DNA of 64,000 nucleotides from Terriglobia bacterium (GTDB lineage: Bacteria; Acidobacteriota; Terriglobia; 20CM-2-55-15): positions 256,001 to 320,000 of the forward strand of contig CBDCLE010000003.1 in NCBI GenBank assembly GCA_965218585.1. The letters are read 5' to 3'. The translations under genes were made by a program, and so were the position numbers. Positions 31,755-41,030 of this stretch are shown here, piece after piece. Below the pieces are notes generated by a model, which saw nothing but the letters and a program-made list of their open reading frames with translations, searched no databases and was not told the DNA's origin. The stretch's first letter is position 1, and each line of letters begins with the position of its first letter.

Positions 31755-32831
31755 CGGTTCGGGTTTCGGCGGCTCGGCTTTGCTTATGATCCGAACAGTA
31801 AACGTCGTATTTCGCGCAGTTTCGTGAAGACGACGAACGCCCGCGCAGCTTTGATGTCGGCCAATTCCTGAACGACCCTTTTGGCTTTGTTCAGATCCGC
31901 TTCGATCCTGCTGATATACAGGTTCTTTTCGCTGAGCGTTCTTTCAAGGGATTCGATGTAGGTGCTCGCTTCTTTATGCTCGCGATCGAGCTGCTCGCCG
32001 AAGAACCCGGCTTGATCCTTCCACCATTGGTTTGATTCCTCCAGGCTGCGGGCCTGTGACTGTAACCATTCGACCGCCTTTTCTCCCGACTCGATCGCCG
32101 CTTCGAGATTCCCGACCTGGCTGTTCTTCCATGCCAGCGCCTCCGCCCTCTCTTCGGTGATTTTTCGGAGTTCCTCCCGAAGTTCATCGATGAGGGAACG
32201 GCCCTGGTTGATCAGTTCGTTGGAGCAGTCGATGAGAACGCTGCTCTGGATCCGGAGCCCCTCGTTCGCATCACTGGTCAAGGCCATGTAATAGGAGGGC
32301 CGCTTGCGGTCTGTCCCAGCCATGCGGAACTGTGAATCCGACTTCTCTATCAACAGTTCGCTCGGATTGTCACCCGTGCCTTCAACTGGCCAGATACTAG
32401 AGCTGGGGTAAACGCGCTGGCCCAGAAACTGGGTTTCTCTGAAGGTGGATTCGAGCAGTTTTCGGAATTCTTCGAAGCTGAACGCTTCATCGTAGGGCGC
32501 ATCGTCGTCTGAGTCTCGGGTCGATACGATGAGCAGTCCGTCCGGTTTCAACAGTCGTTTGACTTCCCGAATCAGGCCACCCCGGTTGTCCACGTGCCCG
32601 AGCGTTTCAAGGCAGACGACGACGTCAAACAATTCTATGAACGGGATTTGGACTCCTGATCCCGCCACAAAGTGGAGGTTGCTGGAGTCATATTTTTTCT
32701 GAGCGTCGGCTGCCACCGTGGGATCCAGTTCGAGTCCGACGACCATGCCAGCTTTCCGAGCCAGCAGCGAAGTTCCGTAGCCTTCGCCGCTGCCCAGATC
32801 GAGAACACGCATCCCTTTCACAAACTGACTA

Positions 32832-33645
32832 GGACGTGTTAACACTAACGTAGTGCCTCGACGATGAGTGCGAAGTGAAGGAAGGCGAGGAACATGACGT
32901 CGAGTTTATCGAAACGGGAGAAGATACGCCGAAAACCCTTGAGTCGGCGGAAGAGCCTCTCGACTTCGTTCCTGCGGCGGTAGAGCACGCGGTCGTATTC
33001 CCACGGCTCCAGGCGGTTGCGCTTGGGCGGCACGACGGGAATCCACCCAAAATCCAGAGCCAATTGGCGGGTCTGGTCGTCCTGGTAGGCACGGTCCATC
33101 AGCAGCGGCAGCGGCGCGGGCAACGGCCCCAGGCCGGCGAGCAGATCGCGGCCCTGCGGGGCGTCGTGCGCTTGGCCGGGCGAGAGCGCAAACGTTATCG
33201 CCGTTCGAGCATTCGCGGCAACCAGATGAATCTTGGTGGTCCATCCACCGCGGGATTTGCCGATCGCTTGCGGACCGTTTTTTTTAACGCTCCCGTGCCG
33301 TCGGGATGCACCTTCACAATGGTCGAGTCCATCGAAACGGCTTCCACCCGGATGCGCACCAGTTGCTCGCGCTGGAGTTTTTCGAAGACGGCGTCGAGCA
33401 CCCCGTTCTTGGACCAGCGGTTCATCCGGGTGTAGATGGTGTGCCAGTTGCCAAAGCGCTTGGGCAGACCGCGCCACTTGCAGCCCTGCTCAGCCACATA
33501 CAAAATGGCGTTCAAGACCGTCAGGTTCGAAAGACTGACGTTGCCCCGCTGACGCGGCAGTTCCGGCTCGATGCGACAATACTGCTCCTGTGTGATCTCC
33601 ATGCCTGATTATAAAACATTCATGCTCATTAGTGTTAACACGCTC
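32832..33645 (-). mobile_element. IS5-family insertion sequence (IS427-group-like), 814 bp
   Basis: 17-bp terminal inverted repeats GGACGTGTTAACACTAA / TTAGTGTTAACACGCTC (15/17 match); TA duplication at 32830-32831 and 33646-33647 within a CTAG target; GC-richer than the flanks. Confidence 0.93.
32845..33602 (-). CDS. IS5-family transposase expressed via -1 frameshift (OrfA-OrfB)
   Basis: OrfA has GCKWRGLPKRFGNWHTIY...DSTIVKVH. OrfB has IGKSRGGWTTKIH, MDRAY and YRRRNEVERLF. An A8 slippery run lies at 33278-33285 on the minus strand. Confidence 0.9.
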
Positions 33646-33754
33646 TAGCGTACGCGTAACGGTGAAGACGTTCGTAAGCAGCCATCGCGTCTTCAGTCGA
33701 TGGTGAAAAGCGGTTGTCACTGCGTTCGGCCATGACGTGTCCCGTCTTTCGAGG

Positions 33755-36184
33755 TTATCGGGCGGCGAGTGGTTTCGCGGGTTGTACGATGTCCGTCGCC
33801 CGCGCGCCATCAGCGAAAATCGAGTTGAGTTTTTCGTCGAATCGTTCGGGTGAACAATCAATTTCCACCTGCCGAAGCGCTGCGAGCCTGATCGATTCCC
33901 AGAGCGAGGCGTTTCGATACAGCTCAATCAAACGCACTGCAAATTCCTCAGCTTCATCTGCAACGCTCAGTTGGACACGGTCTTCCCAACCAAGCTGGGC
34001 GGCCAATAACCCTGTTGCTATTACGGGAAGTCCGTGAGCGGCGGCTTCATGTACTTTGTGAGGTATCCCCGCTCCGAATCGAGTCGGAGCGACGAATACG
34101 CGGTGTCTGGCATACAGGGCTGTCAGGTCGTCGACGGCGCCAACGATGTTCACTCCCTCGAATGCGCGGGCTCTTATCCGGGATGATCTGTTGACGCCTG
34201 CGATCGTGAACGGTATGTCCGAGCCGAGAGCTTCACGTACACTCGGCAAGACCTTGTCCAGGAACCACAAGAGGGAGTCGCCGTTCGGGCTTGTTTCCTC
34301 ATAGACTGCCCCGACGAACAACAGTCCTTTCCGCTCTTCGAACCCCGCCCCAGAGGGTGTCGGGTGCAAGGTGTGTCCCAGGATCTCGACGCGTTCGATT
34401 CCGTGCTGGGTGAAAACCTTGCCCTCGCGTTCTGAAACAGTGATCACGACGTCGGCCGGCGCTGCCAGTTGGACTTCGTCCTGAATGATTCTTTCCCGAT
34501 CTTCCGGCTTTATGACCTCGCCCGAAATCTCTCGACCGCCGAGTTCCCGGATACTGAACAGCGCCTCAGCGTCATACACGATCGAGACACCGTCGAACAG
34601 ATCCGGATGATTTTGAATGATCACACCGAGATATTTCATGTTGTGTGGACGGCTGACGAGAATCGCATCGTAGTATCCGCGCCGTGCCTCAAGCAACGAC
34701 TCGAGTCGACCCGGTCCCGTGTCTGACATAACCTCCACTTCCCCTGGGATGTGCCGGTAAATTTCCTCCCACCGTTTGTTTGAATCCGTAGGGAAGAACG
34801 TCACGGCATGCCCCTGTTTCACGATCGCTCTGAGAATGCCACCCGAACGCGGAAACCCGGGTCCTGTAGCCGAGTAGGGGATCTGGTCGTCGACAAACAG
34901 CGTCTTTTTCTGCTTGCGCTGGGAGGCGAAGCGGGCTTCGAGAGTCACGCTCGTGTCGGGCGCGAAATGTTGTTTGAGGTTTTCCTTATGTGCTCGAACA
35001 AAAATCTCCTGGTGTACCCGATGGAGATCTGTGGCGTCGGTCATGGATTTCGAACTGGCGAATTCGTGGTGCAAAATCACAGCCGATGGCTCGTAGATAA
35101 CCCGCAGATCTGCTTCCCACAGTCGCATGCAATAGTCAGTTTCCTCGTAATAGGCGGGTTCATATCGAGTGTCGAACCCCTCCATACGGTCGAAAATCGC
35201 TTTCGGCGTCAGAAGAAAAGCTCCCGAACAGTAGTCGACTTCCCTTCGAAACATAGTGACAGGATCCAAGGGGTCGAGACCGCGTCCGTATCCCAGGCAG
35301 GAACCGTCATTCCAGATGATGCTTCCGGCCTCCTGGAGGTGTCCGTCCGGCAAGATCAACTTCCCCCCGACTGCGCCGATATCGGACGCGCTCTCGAGGG
35401 CGTTTAGTGCCGCAAGAAGGGTCCCCGGCAGTAATTCGGTGTCGTTGTTCAGGATGAGAAGGTGCTTTCCCCGCGCCGCCTTCGCCGCTTGGTTGATACC
35501 GCGCAAGAAATGGATGTTTTCAGTATTTTCGAGGATCGTAGCACCCTGCACTCGTGACAGGAGCCTGGATGTCGAATCGGTGGACGCATTGTCCACAATC
35601 ACGACTTCGCAGGAAGGATCCTTTTCTGCCAGAAGCGAGCGCAGGCACGCTAACGTGAGTTCTACCCGGTTGAAGAGAACAAGAAGAACAGAGATTCGTG
35701 GACGATCCGGTTCGGTGAAAGACAGGGCGGCTCCGGAAGAGAGAAACGTTTCCAGTTGAACCTCGGCCCAATCTGTGAGCAGGTCCTTGGGGATTTGGTC
35801 GAGGGTCCTGTAGATCTCGTCCTCCGCCCGAACCACATCCGGAGGAGGAGAGAATACGGACTTATCAATCACGTGTTTCTTGTCAAGCGAATCCCACCTT
35901 CCCCCCAGGTCCCGCCGAAACCAGGAAGCGAGGCGCCGGAGGAATTCCGTGATTCTCCAGGAACGGGACCGCAGGACCCCTATGAGCTTGGACTCCGCCT
36001 TCTCACGACGTCCGTGCTCGTAAGTGACCTGGTTCTGTAACCCTGCCCTGTCTCTACGGTATCCCTCGGCCAAGGATGCGGTCTGCTCGCGCAGGCGCTC
36101 AATCGATGGAAACTCTTTCCTCACCCGTATCCTTAGTTTGAACCGGTTGTCACAGAATAGGACTTCTCCATGTTCCAACCCCAC
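33755..36184 (-). CDS. Two-domain glycosyltransferase (GT2 plus GT4-like)
   Basis: SRSWRIT membrane-anchor-like motif, VVIVDNASTD, LNNDT, VDYCSGA and YYEETD; C-terminal VFVAPTRFGAG..HKVHEAAAHGLPV. The start may be GTG 36124, which has an AAGGA Shine-Dalgarno. Confidence 0.9.
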   Translation of the reverse strand: MGLEHGEVLFCDNRFKLRIRVRKEFPSIERLREQTASLAEGYRRDRAGLQNQVTYEHGRREKAESKLIGVLRSRSWRITEFLRRLASWFRRDLGGRWDSLDKKHVIDKSVFSPPPDVVRAEDEIYRTLDQIPKDLLTDWAEVQLETFLSSGAALSFTEPDRPRISVLLVLFNRVELTLACLRSLLAEKDPSCEVVIVDNASTDSTSRLLSRVQGATILENTENIHFLRGINQAAKAARGKHLLILNNDTELLPGTLLAALNALESASDIGAVGGKLILPDGHLQEAGSIIWNDGSCLGYGRGLDPLDPVTMFRREVDYCSGAFLLTPKAIFDRMEGFDTRYEPAYYEETDYCMRLWEADLRVIYEPSAVILHHEFASSKSMTDATDLHRVHQEIFVRAHKENLKQHFAPDTSVTLEARFASQRKQKKTLFVDDQIPYSATGPGFPRSGGILRAIVKQGHAVTFFPTDSNKRWEEIYRHIPGEVEVMSDTGPGRLESLLEARRGYYDAILVSRPHNMKYLGVIIQNHPDLFDGVSIVYDAEALFSIRELGGREISGEVIKPEDRERIIQDEVQLAAPADVVITVSEREGKVFTQHGIERVEILGHTLHPTPSGAGFEERKGLLFVGAVYEETSPNGDSLLWFLDKVLPSVREALGSDIPFTIAGVNRSSRIRARAFEGVNIVGAVDDLTALYARHRVFVAPTRFGAGIPHKVHEAAAHGLPVIATGLLAAQLGWEDRVQLSVADEAEEFAVRLIELYRNASLWESIRLAALRQVEIDCSPERFDEKLNSIFADGARATDIVQPAKPLAAR

Positions 36185-36341
36185 CTACCCCATAGGGCGG
36201 GTTTTCAAATCGGTGTTTGTGAATAATTCCCCGCCCAGCAAAATCCCACGCGGTATATCCTTTAACGGCAATGATAATAACAGATTGTGGCGTTACAGGG
36301 TTGTGCCGCAAGCTGTCGGGTGCACGGAATAAGGAGATCTC

Positions 36342-37226
36342 TTGACGGGAACAGGTGATGAAATCTGGCGGGCCTTCGCGAAGGTCAACCTGGAACTGCG
36401 AGTCCTTGGTGAGCGCTCCGACGGGTATCACGAGATTCGCACACTGTTACAGACAATCGACCTGCACGACGAAATTCGGGTCTCGCCCGCCGAAACGTTT
36501 GAATTTACTGCAACCGAAGGTCCGGCAGACGCTTCAAATCTAGTTGTTCAGGCAGTTCGTGCCTTTGAAGAAGAGAGTTCCGTCAGGGTTGGGCTTCGAA
36601 TCGAACTGATCAAGCAGATTCCCTCGGGTGCGGGCCTGGGTGGAGGCAGCGCTGACGCGGCCACAACGCTGCTGGGACTGGATCGGAGGTTCGGGACCCG
36701 GATCGCAGGTGAAAGACTCTTGGGTATTCTGAGAGCTCTGGGATCGGACGTTCCGTTCTTCTCGGTGGGTGGCCGGGCGCTCGGTGTAGGTCGGGGTGAA
36801 ACGCTGTTCCCCTTGAGCGACGAAGCCGACTACTGGCTGGTTCTAGTGAACCCTGGTCTTACGATCCAAACGGCAGAAGCGTATTCCTGGTTGACCGAGT
36901 CCGTTAGGTTCAATAACATGCTAAGTTTCTGTGCTCGTTTTGTGTCGCCACTGAGGGGCACTGAACTGGAGCCCGAAACCGGGCCCAATGACTTCGAGAA
37001 GCCGCTTTTTCACCGATTTCCTGAACTCGCTGAGATAAAACGGAAGCTCTCGGACTGTGGGGCTCGCTTCGCTTCGTTAACAGGTAGCGGGGCGGCTCTG
37101 TTCGGGCAATTCACCCAGGAGTCGGATGCGAGTGAAGCCGTTTCGGCTCTAGGGCCCGAACTCGACGTGACCTTGACGCGGCCCGTAAAACGATCGGACT
37201 ACTTCACGAAGATGTTCGGGAATTAG
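36342..37226 (+). CDS. ispE: 4-diphosphocytidyl-2-C-methyl-D-erythritol kinase
   Basis: AKVNLEL...DGYHE, IPSGAGLGGGSADAA, GSDVPF and LTGSGA motifs. Confidence 0.96.
   Translation: MTGTGDEIWRAFAKVNLELRVLGERSDGYHEIRTLLQTIDLHDEIRVSPAETFEFTATEGPADASNLVVQAVRAFEEESSVRVGLRIELIKQIPSGAGLGGGSADAATTLLGLDRRFGTRIAGERLLGILRALGSDVPFFSVGGRALGVGRGETLFPLSDEADYWLVLVNPGLTIQTAEAYSWLTESVRFNNMLSFCARFVSPLRGTELEPETGPNDFEKPLFHRFPELAEIKRKLSDCGARFASLTGSGAALFGQFTQESDASEAVSALGPELDVTLTRPVKRSDYFTKMFGN
36891..36919 (+). promoter_or_regulatory. Putative sigma70 promoter inside ispE for tRNA-Gln/prs
   Basis: TTGACC-N17-TAACAT in a locally AT-richer stretch of ispE. Confidence 0.55.
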
Positions 37227-37237
37227 GCGGATGGCGA

Positions 37238-37309
37238 TGGGGCGTGGCCAAGTGGTAAGGCACAGGTCTTTGGCACCTGCATTCGGAGGTTCGAATCCTC
37301 CCGCCCCAG
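37238..37309 (+). tRNA. tRNA-Gln(TTG)
   Basis: Acceptor stem TGGGGCG/CGCCCCA, anticodon arm CAGGT-CTTTGGC-ACCTG, GGTTCGAATCC T-arm; CCA not encoded. Confidence 0.96.
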
Positions 37310-37340
37310 TTCTGCAGACAGACGGGCTAATCTAGGAATC

Positions 37341-38279
37341 ATGAACAACGAACTGAAGGTATTCGCGGGATCTGCAAACACAGAACTGGCTGCTGAGATC
37401 TGCCAGCACTTGGGTTGCAAGCTCGGAGAATGTTCCACGACGCGGTTTGCCGATGGAGAACTCTACTTTCAGATCCTGGAAAACGTTCGGGGTGCCGACG
37501 TTTTTGTGGTGCAACCGACCTGCCCCCCGGTCAACGACAACCTGGTGGAACTCATGCTGATGATTGATGCATTCCGTCGGTCGTCGGCGAGACGTATCAC
37601 GGCTGTCCTGCCTTATTTCGGATATGCGCGGCAGGATCGAAAGGACAAGCCCCGTGTCCCCATCTCCGCTAAAGTCGTTTCCGATGTGTTGGCGCTGAAT
37701 TCAGACCGATTGCTGACGATGGATCTGCACGCAGCGCAGATCCAGGGCTTCTTCAATATTCCCGTCGATCACCTTTTTGCCGCCCCTGTGTTGGTGGAGT
37801 TTTTCCAGAAGGCGAGCCTTCCCGAGCTGACCGTCGTTTCTCCGGATGCGGGAGGAGTCGAGCGTGCGCGGGCGTTTGCGAAACGCCTGGAGGGCGAGTT
37901 GGCGATCATCGACAAGCGCCGCACTTCTGCCAACGTTGCTGAAGTGATGAATGTTGTCGGCGATGTCAAGGGCCGCTCGGCGTTGATTGTAGATGACATG
38001 GTGGACACGGCCGGTACGCTCGTCAACACCGTCGAAGCGTTGAGGGATGCCGGAGCACGCGAGGTTTACGCGTGTGCGACGCATGGCGTGTTGTCCGGAC
38101 CGGCTGTGGGGAGAATTAACGATTCCTCATTGGAGGAAATCGTAGTTGCAAATACTGTGCCGTTGAACACGCCGGCCCGAGAGTCTGGCCGGGTCCGCGT
38201 TCTCAGTGTTGCCAAGCTGTTGGCGCAGGCGATAGTGTCTATTCACGATGAGACTTCGGTCAGTGTTCTGTTCATATAG
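37341..38279 (+). CDS. prs: Ribose-phosphate pyrophosphokinase
   Basis: FADGE, PYFGYARQDRK, DLHA, SPDAGG and VDDMVDTAGT motifs. Confidence 0.97.
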   Translation: MNNELKVFAGSANTELAAEICQHLGCKLGECSTTRFADGELYFQILENVRGADVFVVQPTCPPVNDNLVELMLMIDAFRRSSARRITAVLPYFGYARQDRKDKPRVPISAKVVSDVLALNSDRLLTMDLHAAQIQGFFNIPVDHLFAAPVLVEFFQKASLPELTVVSPDAGGVERARAFAKRLEGELAIIDKRRTSANVAEVMNVVGDVKGRSALIVDDMVDTAGTLVNTVEALRDAGAREVYACATHGVLSGPAVGRINDSSLEEIVVANTVPLNTPARESGRVRVLSVAKLLAQAIVSIHDETSVSVLFI

Positions 38280-38306
38280 CGGCGAACAGTTTAAGGAAGA
38301 TAAAAA

Positions 38307-38990
38307 ATGGCAGAAATGAAGGTAGAAGCGAAAGCCCGGTCCGAGTTCGGCAGCGGTGCTTCGAAACGAATTCGACGGAGTGGCCTGGTTCCGGCGATCG
38401 TATACGGAGGTTCGGGGGAGACTGTGACGTTTGCGATCGATCCGAAGGAAATATTTCGGCTTCTGAAATCAGAGGCGGGCCGCAACACGATCCTGAACCT
38501 GAAGATCGAAGGCGGCGGGGCCGATGACGTCATCCTGAAGGACTGGCAGGTGGATCCGGTGAACGAGTCAATATTGCATGCTGATTTTCAGCGGATCGCC
38601 ATGGATCAGACGCTGAAGGTGACGGTTCCCATCTCGATACGGGGTGAAGCCATAGGTATAAAAACAGAAGGTGGCCTGCTCGACGTCGTTGTCCGAGAGA
38701 TCGAAGTAGAGTGCTTGCCTGCCGACATTCCGGATCTTATCGAATGTGACGTATCCGAACTCCAAATGCACGAGAGTCTTCGGGTCCGGAACCTTCCAAG
38801 CCTGGATCGTGTGGAAGTCCTTGAAGATGCCGATCGCGTCGTTGTCCACGTTGTTCCGTTGCGTGCAGAAGAGGAAGAAGTGGTACCGGAGGAAGGCGAG
38901 GAACTGGAAGGTGCAGTCGCCGAGGGAGAAGAAGGGGAGCCCGAAGTTATGGCCAAGGGGAAGAAGGAAGAAGCGGAAGGCGAGCAGTGA
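38307..38990 (+). CDS. rplY: 50S ribosomal protein L25/Ctc
   Basis: R..G.VPAIVYG and ILHADF motifs, long Ctc-type C-terminal domain and acidic tail. Confidence 0.95.
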   Translation: MAEMKVEAKARSEFGSGASKRIRRSGLVPAIVYGGSGETVTFAIDPKEIFRLLKSEAGRNTILNLKIEGGGADDVILKDWQVDPVNESILHADFQRIAMDQTLKVTVPISIRGEAIGIKTEGGLLDVVVREIEVECLPADIPDLIECDVSELQMHESLRVRNLPSLDRVEVLEDADRVVVHVVPLRAEEEEVVPEEGEELEGAVAEGEEGEPEVMAKGKKEEAEGEQ

Positions 38991-39026
38991 CCCGACAACA
39001 GACGACCTCTTCTTGTCGACTAAGTC

Positions 39027-39632
39027 GTGCCTGATGAAGCAGAAAACGATGCACCGTGGTTGATTCTCGGACTCGGGAATCCAGGTTCCGAATACGAGGA
39101 GACTTATCACAACGTTGGTTTCCGCGTGATCGAAATTCTAGCCCGTCGCCGGGGCGTATCGGTGAACTTACGGATGGGAGAATGCCGGATTGCGCGGCTC
39201 AGAGACGGGGTTGAAACGGTTCTTGTGCAGCCGAGAACGTACATGAATCGGAGTGGTGGAGTGCTAGGGAGATTGCTTGAAAGATTCGGTCCCGATTCCC
39301 GTTTGATGGTGATTTCCGACGACCTGGCATTGCCTGTCGGAAAGATACGAATCCGCGAAAGGGGTTCAGCCGGCGGCCATAATGGACTAAAATCGATAAG
39401 TTCGGCTTACGGCTCGGGCGAGTACATGCGGGTACGAGTTGGAATAATGCCGGATCGTGGTGTTGAAGACGGTAACGAGTTTGTACTGTCGGAGGTTCGA
39501 AAGACCGACCGGGAAACCCTCCGACGTGCCGAATCATTGGCCGCCGATGCCGTAGAGCACATTTTGAAATCGGGGCCGCGTTCCGCGATGGCGGAATACA
39601 ACGGAATGGATTTGAACGAAGAGGAATCCTGA
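39027..39632 (+). CDS. pth: Peptidyl-tRNA hydrolase
   Basis: GLGNPG, HNVGF, TYMNRSG and GGHNGLKSI motifs. Confidence 0.96.
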   Translation: MPDEAENDAPWLILGLGNPGSEYEETYHNVGFRVIEILARRRGVSVNLRMGECRIARLRDGVETVLVQPRTYMNRSGGVLGRLLERFGPDSRLMVISDDLALPVGKIRIRERGSAGGHNGLKSISSAYGSGEYMRVRVGIMPDRGVEDGNEFVLSEVRKTDRETLRRAESLAADAVEHILKSGPRSAMAEYNGMDLNEEES

Positions 39633-39682
39633 TCTCCTCGGGCGATCGGTTCGCAGCCTGCTCTTTGTTGGAGTAAACATAA

Positions 39683-40078
39683 TTGATTAGAAATTACGAA
39701 ATAATGTTCATCGTCGATCCGAACATGCCGGAAGACGAGATCGACCAGCTGAACTCCCAGGTGGAAACCTTGGTGACTGATGGCGGAGGCAAGGTCGAAA
39801 GCATTGAAAAATTGGGTCGAAGAAAACTGGCATACGAGATCCAGCGTCAGACTGATGGATTCTACGTTCTGTTTAACGTCGCGGCCGATGGAGATATCGT
39901 AAAAGAAGTAGAGCGACGCTTTCGTGTTATGGATTCGGTTCTGCGATACCTTACCGTGAGGATTGACGAAGCTGAAAAGAAGCTGGAGAAAATGCGCGCG
40001 ATCCGGCAAAAGAAGGACGCACGGCGGAGTTCAAAATCGGCAGCTTCCGCAGAACAATCTGCAGTCGAAGGGTCATGA
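39683..40078 (+). CDS. rpsF: 30S ribosomal protein S6
   Basis: YEIMFIVDP, GRRKLAYEI and VLRYL motifs. Confidence 0.96.
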   Translation: MIRNYEIMFIVDPNMPEDEIDQLNSQVETLVTDGGGKVESIEKLGRRKLAYEIQRQTDGFYVLFNVAADGDIVKEVERRFRVMDSVLRYLTVRIDEAEKKLEKMRAIRQKKDARRSSKSAASAEQSAVEGS

Positions 40079-40126
40079 GTTAGCCTGTAGCCGGTTTTCC
40101 AGCAGGTCGCCAGAAGGAGAGTTGGA

Positions 40127-40354
40127 GTGGCACAAAAGCAGTTCTATCGACGACGGAAAGTCTGTAAGTTTTGCGTCGAAAAGATTGATTCGATTAATTA
40201 CAAGGACGCGAAGCTCCTTTCCCAGTTCGTTCCCGAGCGTGCAAAAATATTGCCACGAAGGATTTCAGGCGTTTGTTCGCCGCATCAACGGCAATTGAGA
40301 GACGCGATCAAGAAGGCACGCAGCATAGCGCTTTTACCCTACACGACGGACTAG
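40127..40354 (+). CDS. rpsR: 30S ribosomal protein S18 (zinc-binding type)
   Basis: CKFC, INYKD and [14 protein letters not shown] motifs. Confidence 0.97.
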   Translation: MAQKQFYRRRKVCKFCVEKIDSINYKDAKLLSQFVPERAKILPRRISGVCSPHQRQLRDAIKKARSIALLPYTTD

Positions 40355-40399
40355 CAGAGCAAGTTCCTTACTACCGATTTCAGTTAAGAGGATCCAAGA

Positions 40400-40903
40400 A
40401 TGGAAATCATCCTGAGAGAAGCAATAGAGAACCTCGGCCATCCGGGCGACGTCGTGACCGTAAAATCCGGATATGCACGGAACTATCTGCTCCCGCGCAA
40501 GCTGGCCTACATGGCCACACCCGGCAATCTCAAGATCATCGAGCAGGAACGGAACAACTTGCTGCGCCACGAAGCCAAACAGAGGGAAGAAGCGGAGAAG
40601 CTTCGCGAGATGATGGGCGAGGTGGAAATCAGCGTGAAGCGAAAGGTTGGTGAACAGGAAGTGCTGTACGGTTCGGTCACCACCAGCGACATCGCCGAGG
40701 AACTCGAGAAGAAGGGCTTCAAGGTGGACAAGCGGAAGATCGGCATCGATGAACACATTAAGCAATTGGGTGAGTTCACCATTCCGATACGACTGTTCAC
40801 CGACGTCATCGCAGAAGTTAAGCTCCGCGTGGAAGCCGAAGAGGGAGAAGCCGCCCCCCCACCCGTCGAATCCCAAGCCGAACCCGAGAACGCACCCGAG
40901 TAA
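40400..40903 (+). CDS. rplI: 50S ribosomal protein L9
   Basis: LG..GDVVTVKSGYARNYLLP and LYGSVT motifs. Confidence 0.97.
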   Translation: MEIILREAIENLGHPGDVVTVKSGYARNYLLPRKLAYMATPGNLKIIEQERNNLLRHEAKQREEAEKLREMMGEVEISVKRKVGEQEVLYGSVTTSDIAEELEKKGFKVDKRKIGIDEHIKQLGEFTIPIRLFTDVIAEVKLRVEAEEGEAAPPPVESQAEPENAPE

Positions 40904-40989
40904 ATCCCCTGCTCGGGAGGTCGGATCCTCAGCCCTGGAAAATCCAGAACCCGTAAGTCCTTTACTTTAGGACGCGCTGGAATTTCGTC

Positions 40990-41018
40990 TTGTCCTTCGT
41001 TTTCCGCGACCGTATTCT
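40990..41018 (+). promoter_or_regulatory. Putative sigma70 promoter of dnaB (short leader)
   Basis: TTGTCC-N17-TATTCT, 12 nt before ATG 41031; no obvious Shine-Dalgarno. Confidence 0.45.
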
Positions 41019-41030
41019 TCTTCGGCAACG

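Larger units (their letters stand above)
31784..33733 (-). pseudogene. SAM-dependent methyltransferase with C-terminal coiled coil, interrupted by an IS
   Basis: Removing the IS and one TA restores MAERSDNRFSPSTEDAMAAYERLHRYAYA-SQFVKGMRVLDLGSGEGYG (377 aa, native ATG 33733). Long heptad-rich C-terminus. Confidence 0.88.

Noticed and set aside
33490-33927. 145-aa ORF spanning the IS end
   Set aside because: Chimeric frame crossing the GT end, the methyltransferase start and the IS; explained by those features.
37238-37340. tRNA-Gln as integration site for the adjacent glycan locus
   Set aside because: No integrase and no duplicated tRNA 3' end; ispE-tRNA-Gln-prs synteny is intact.
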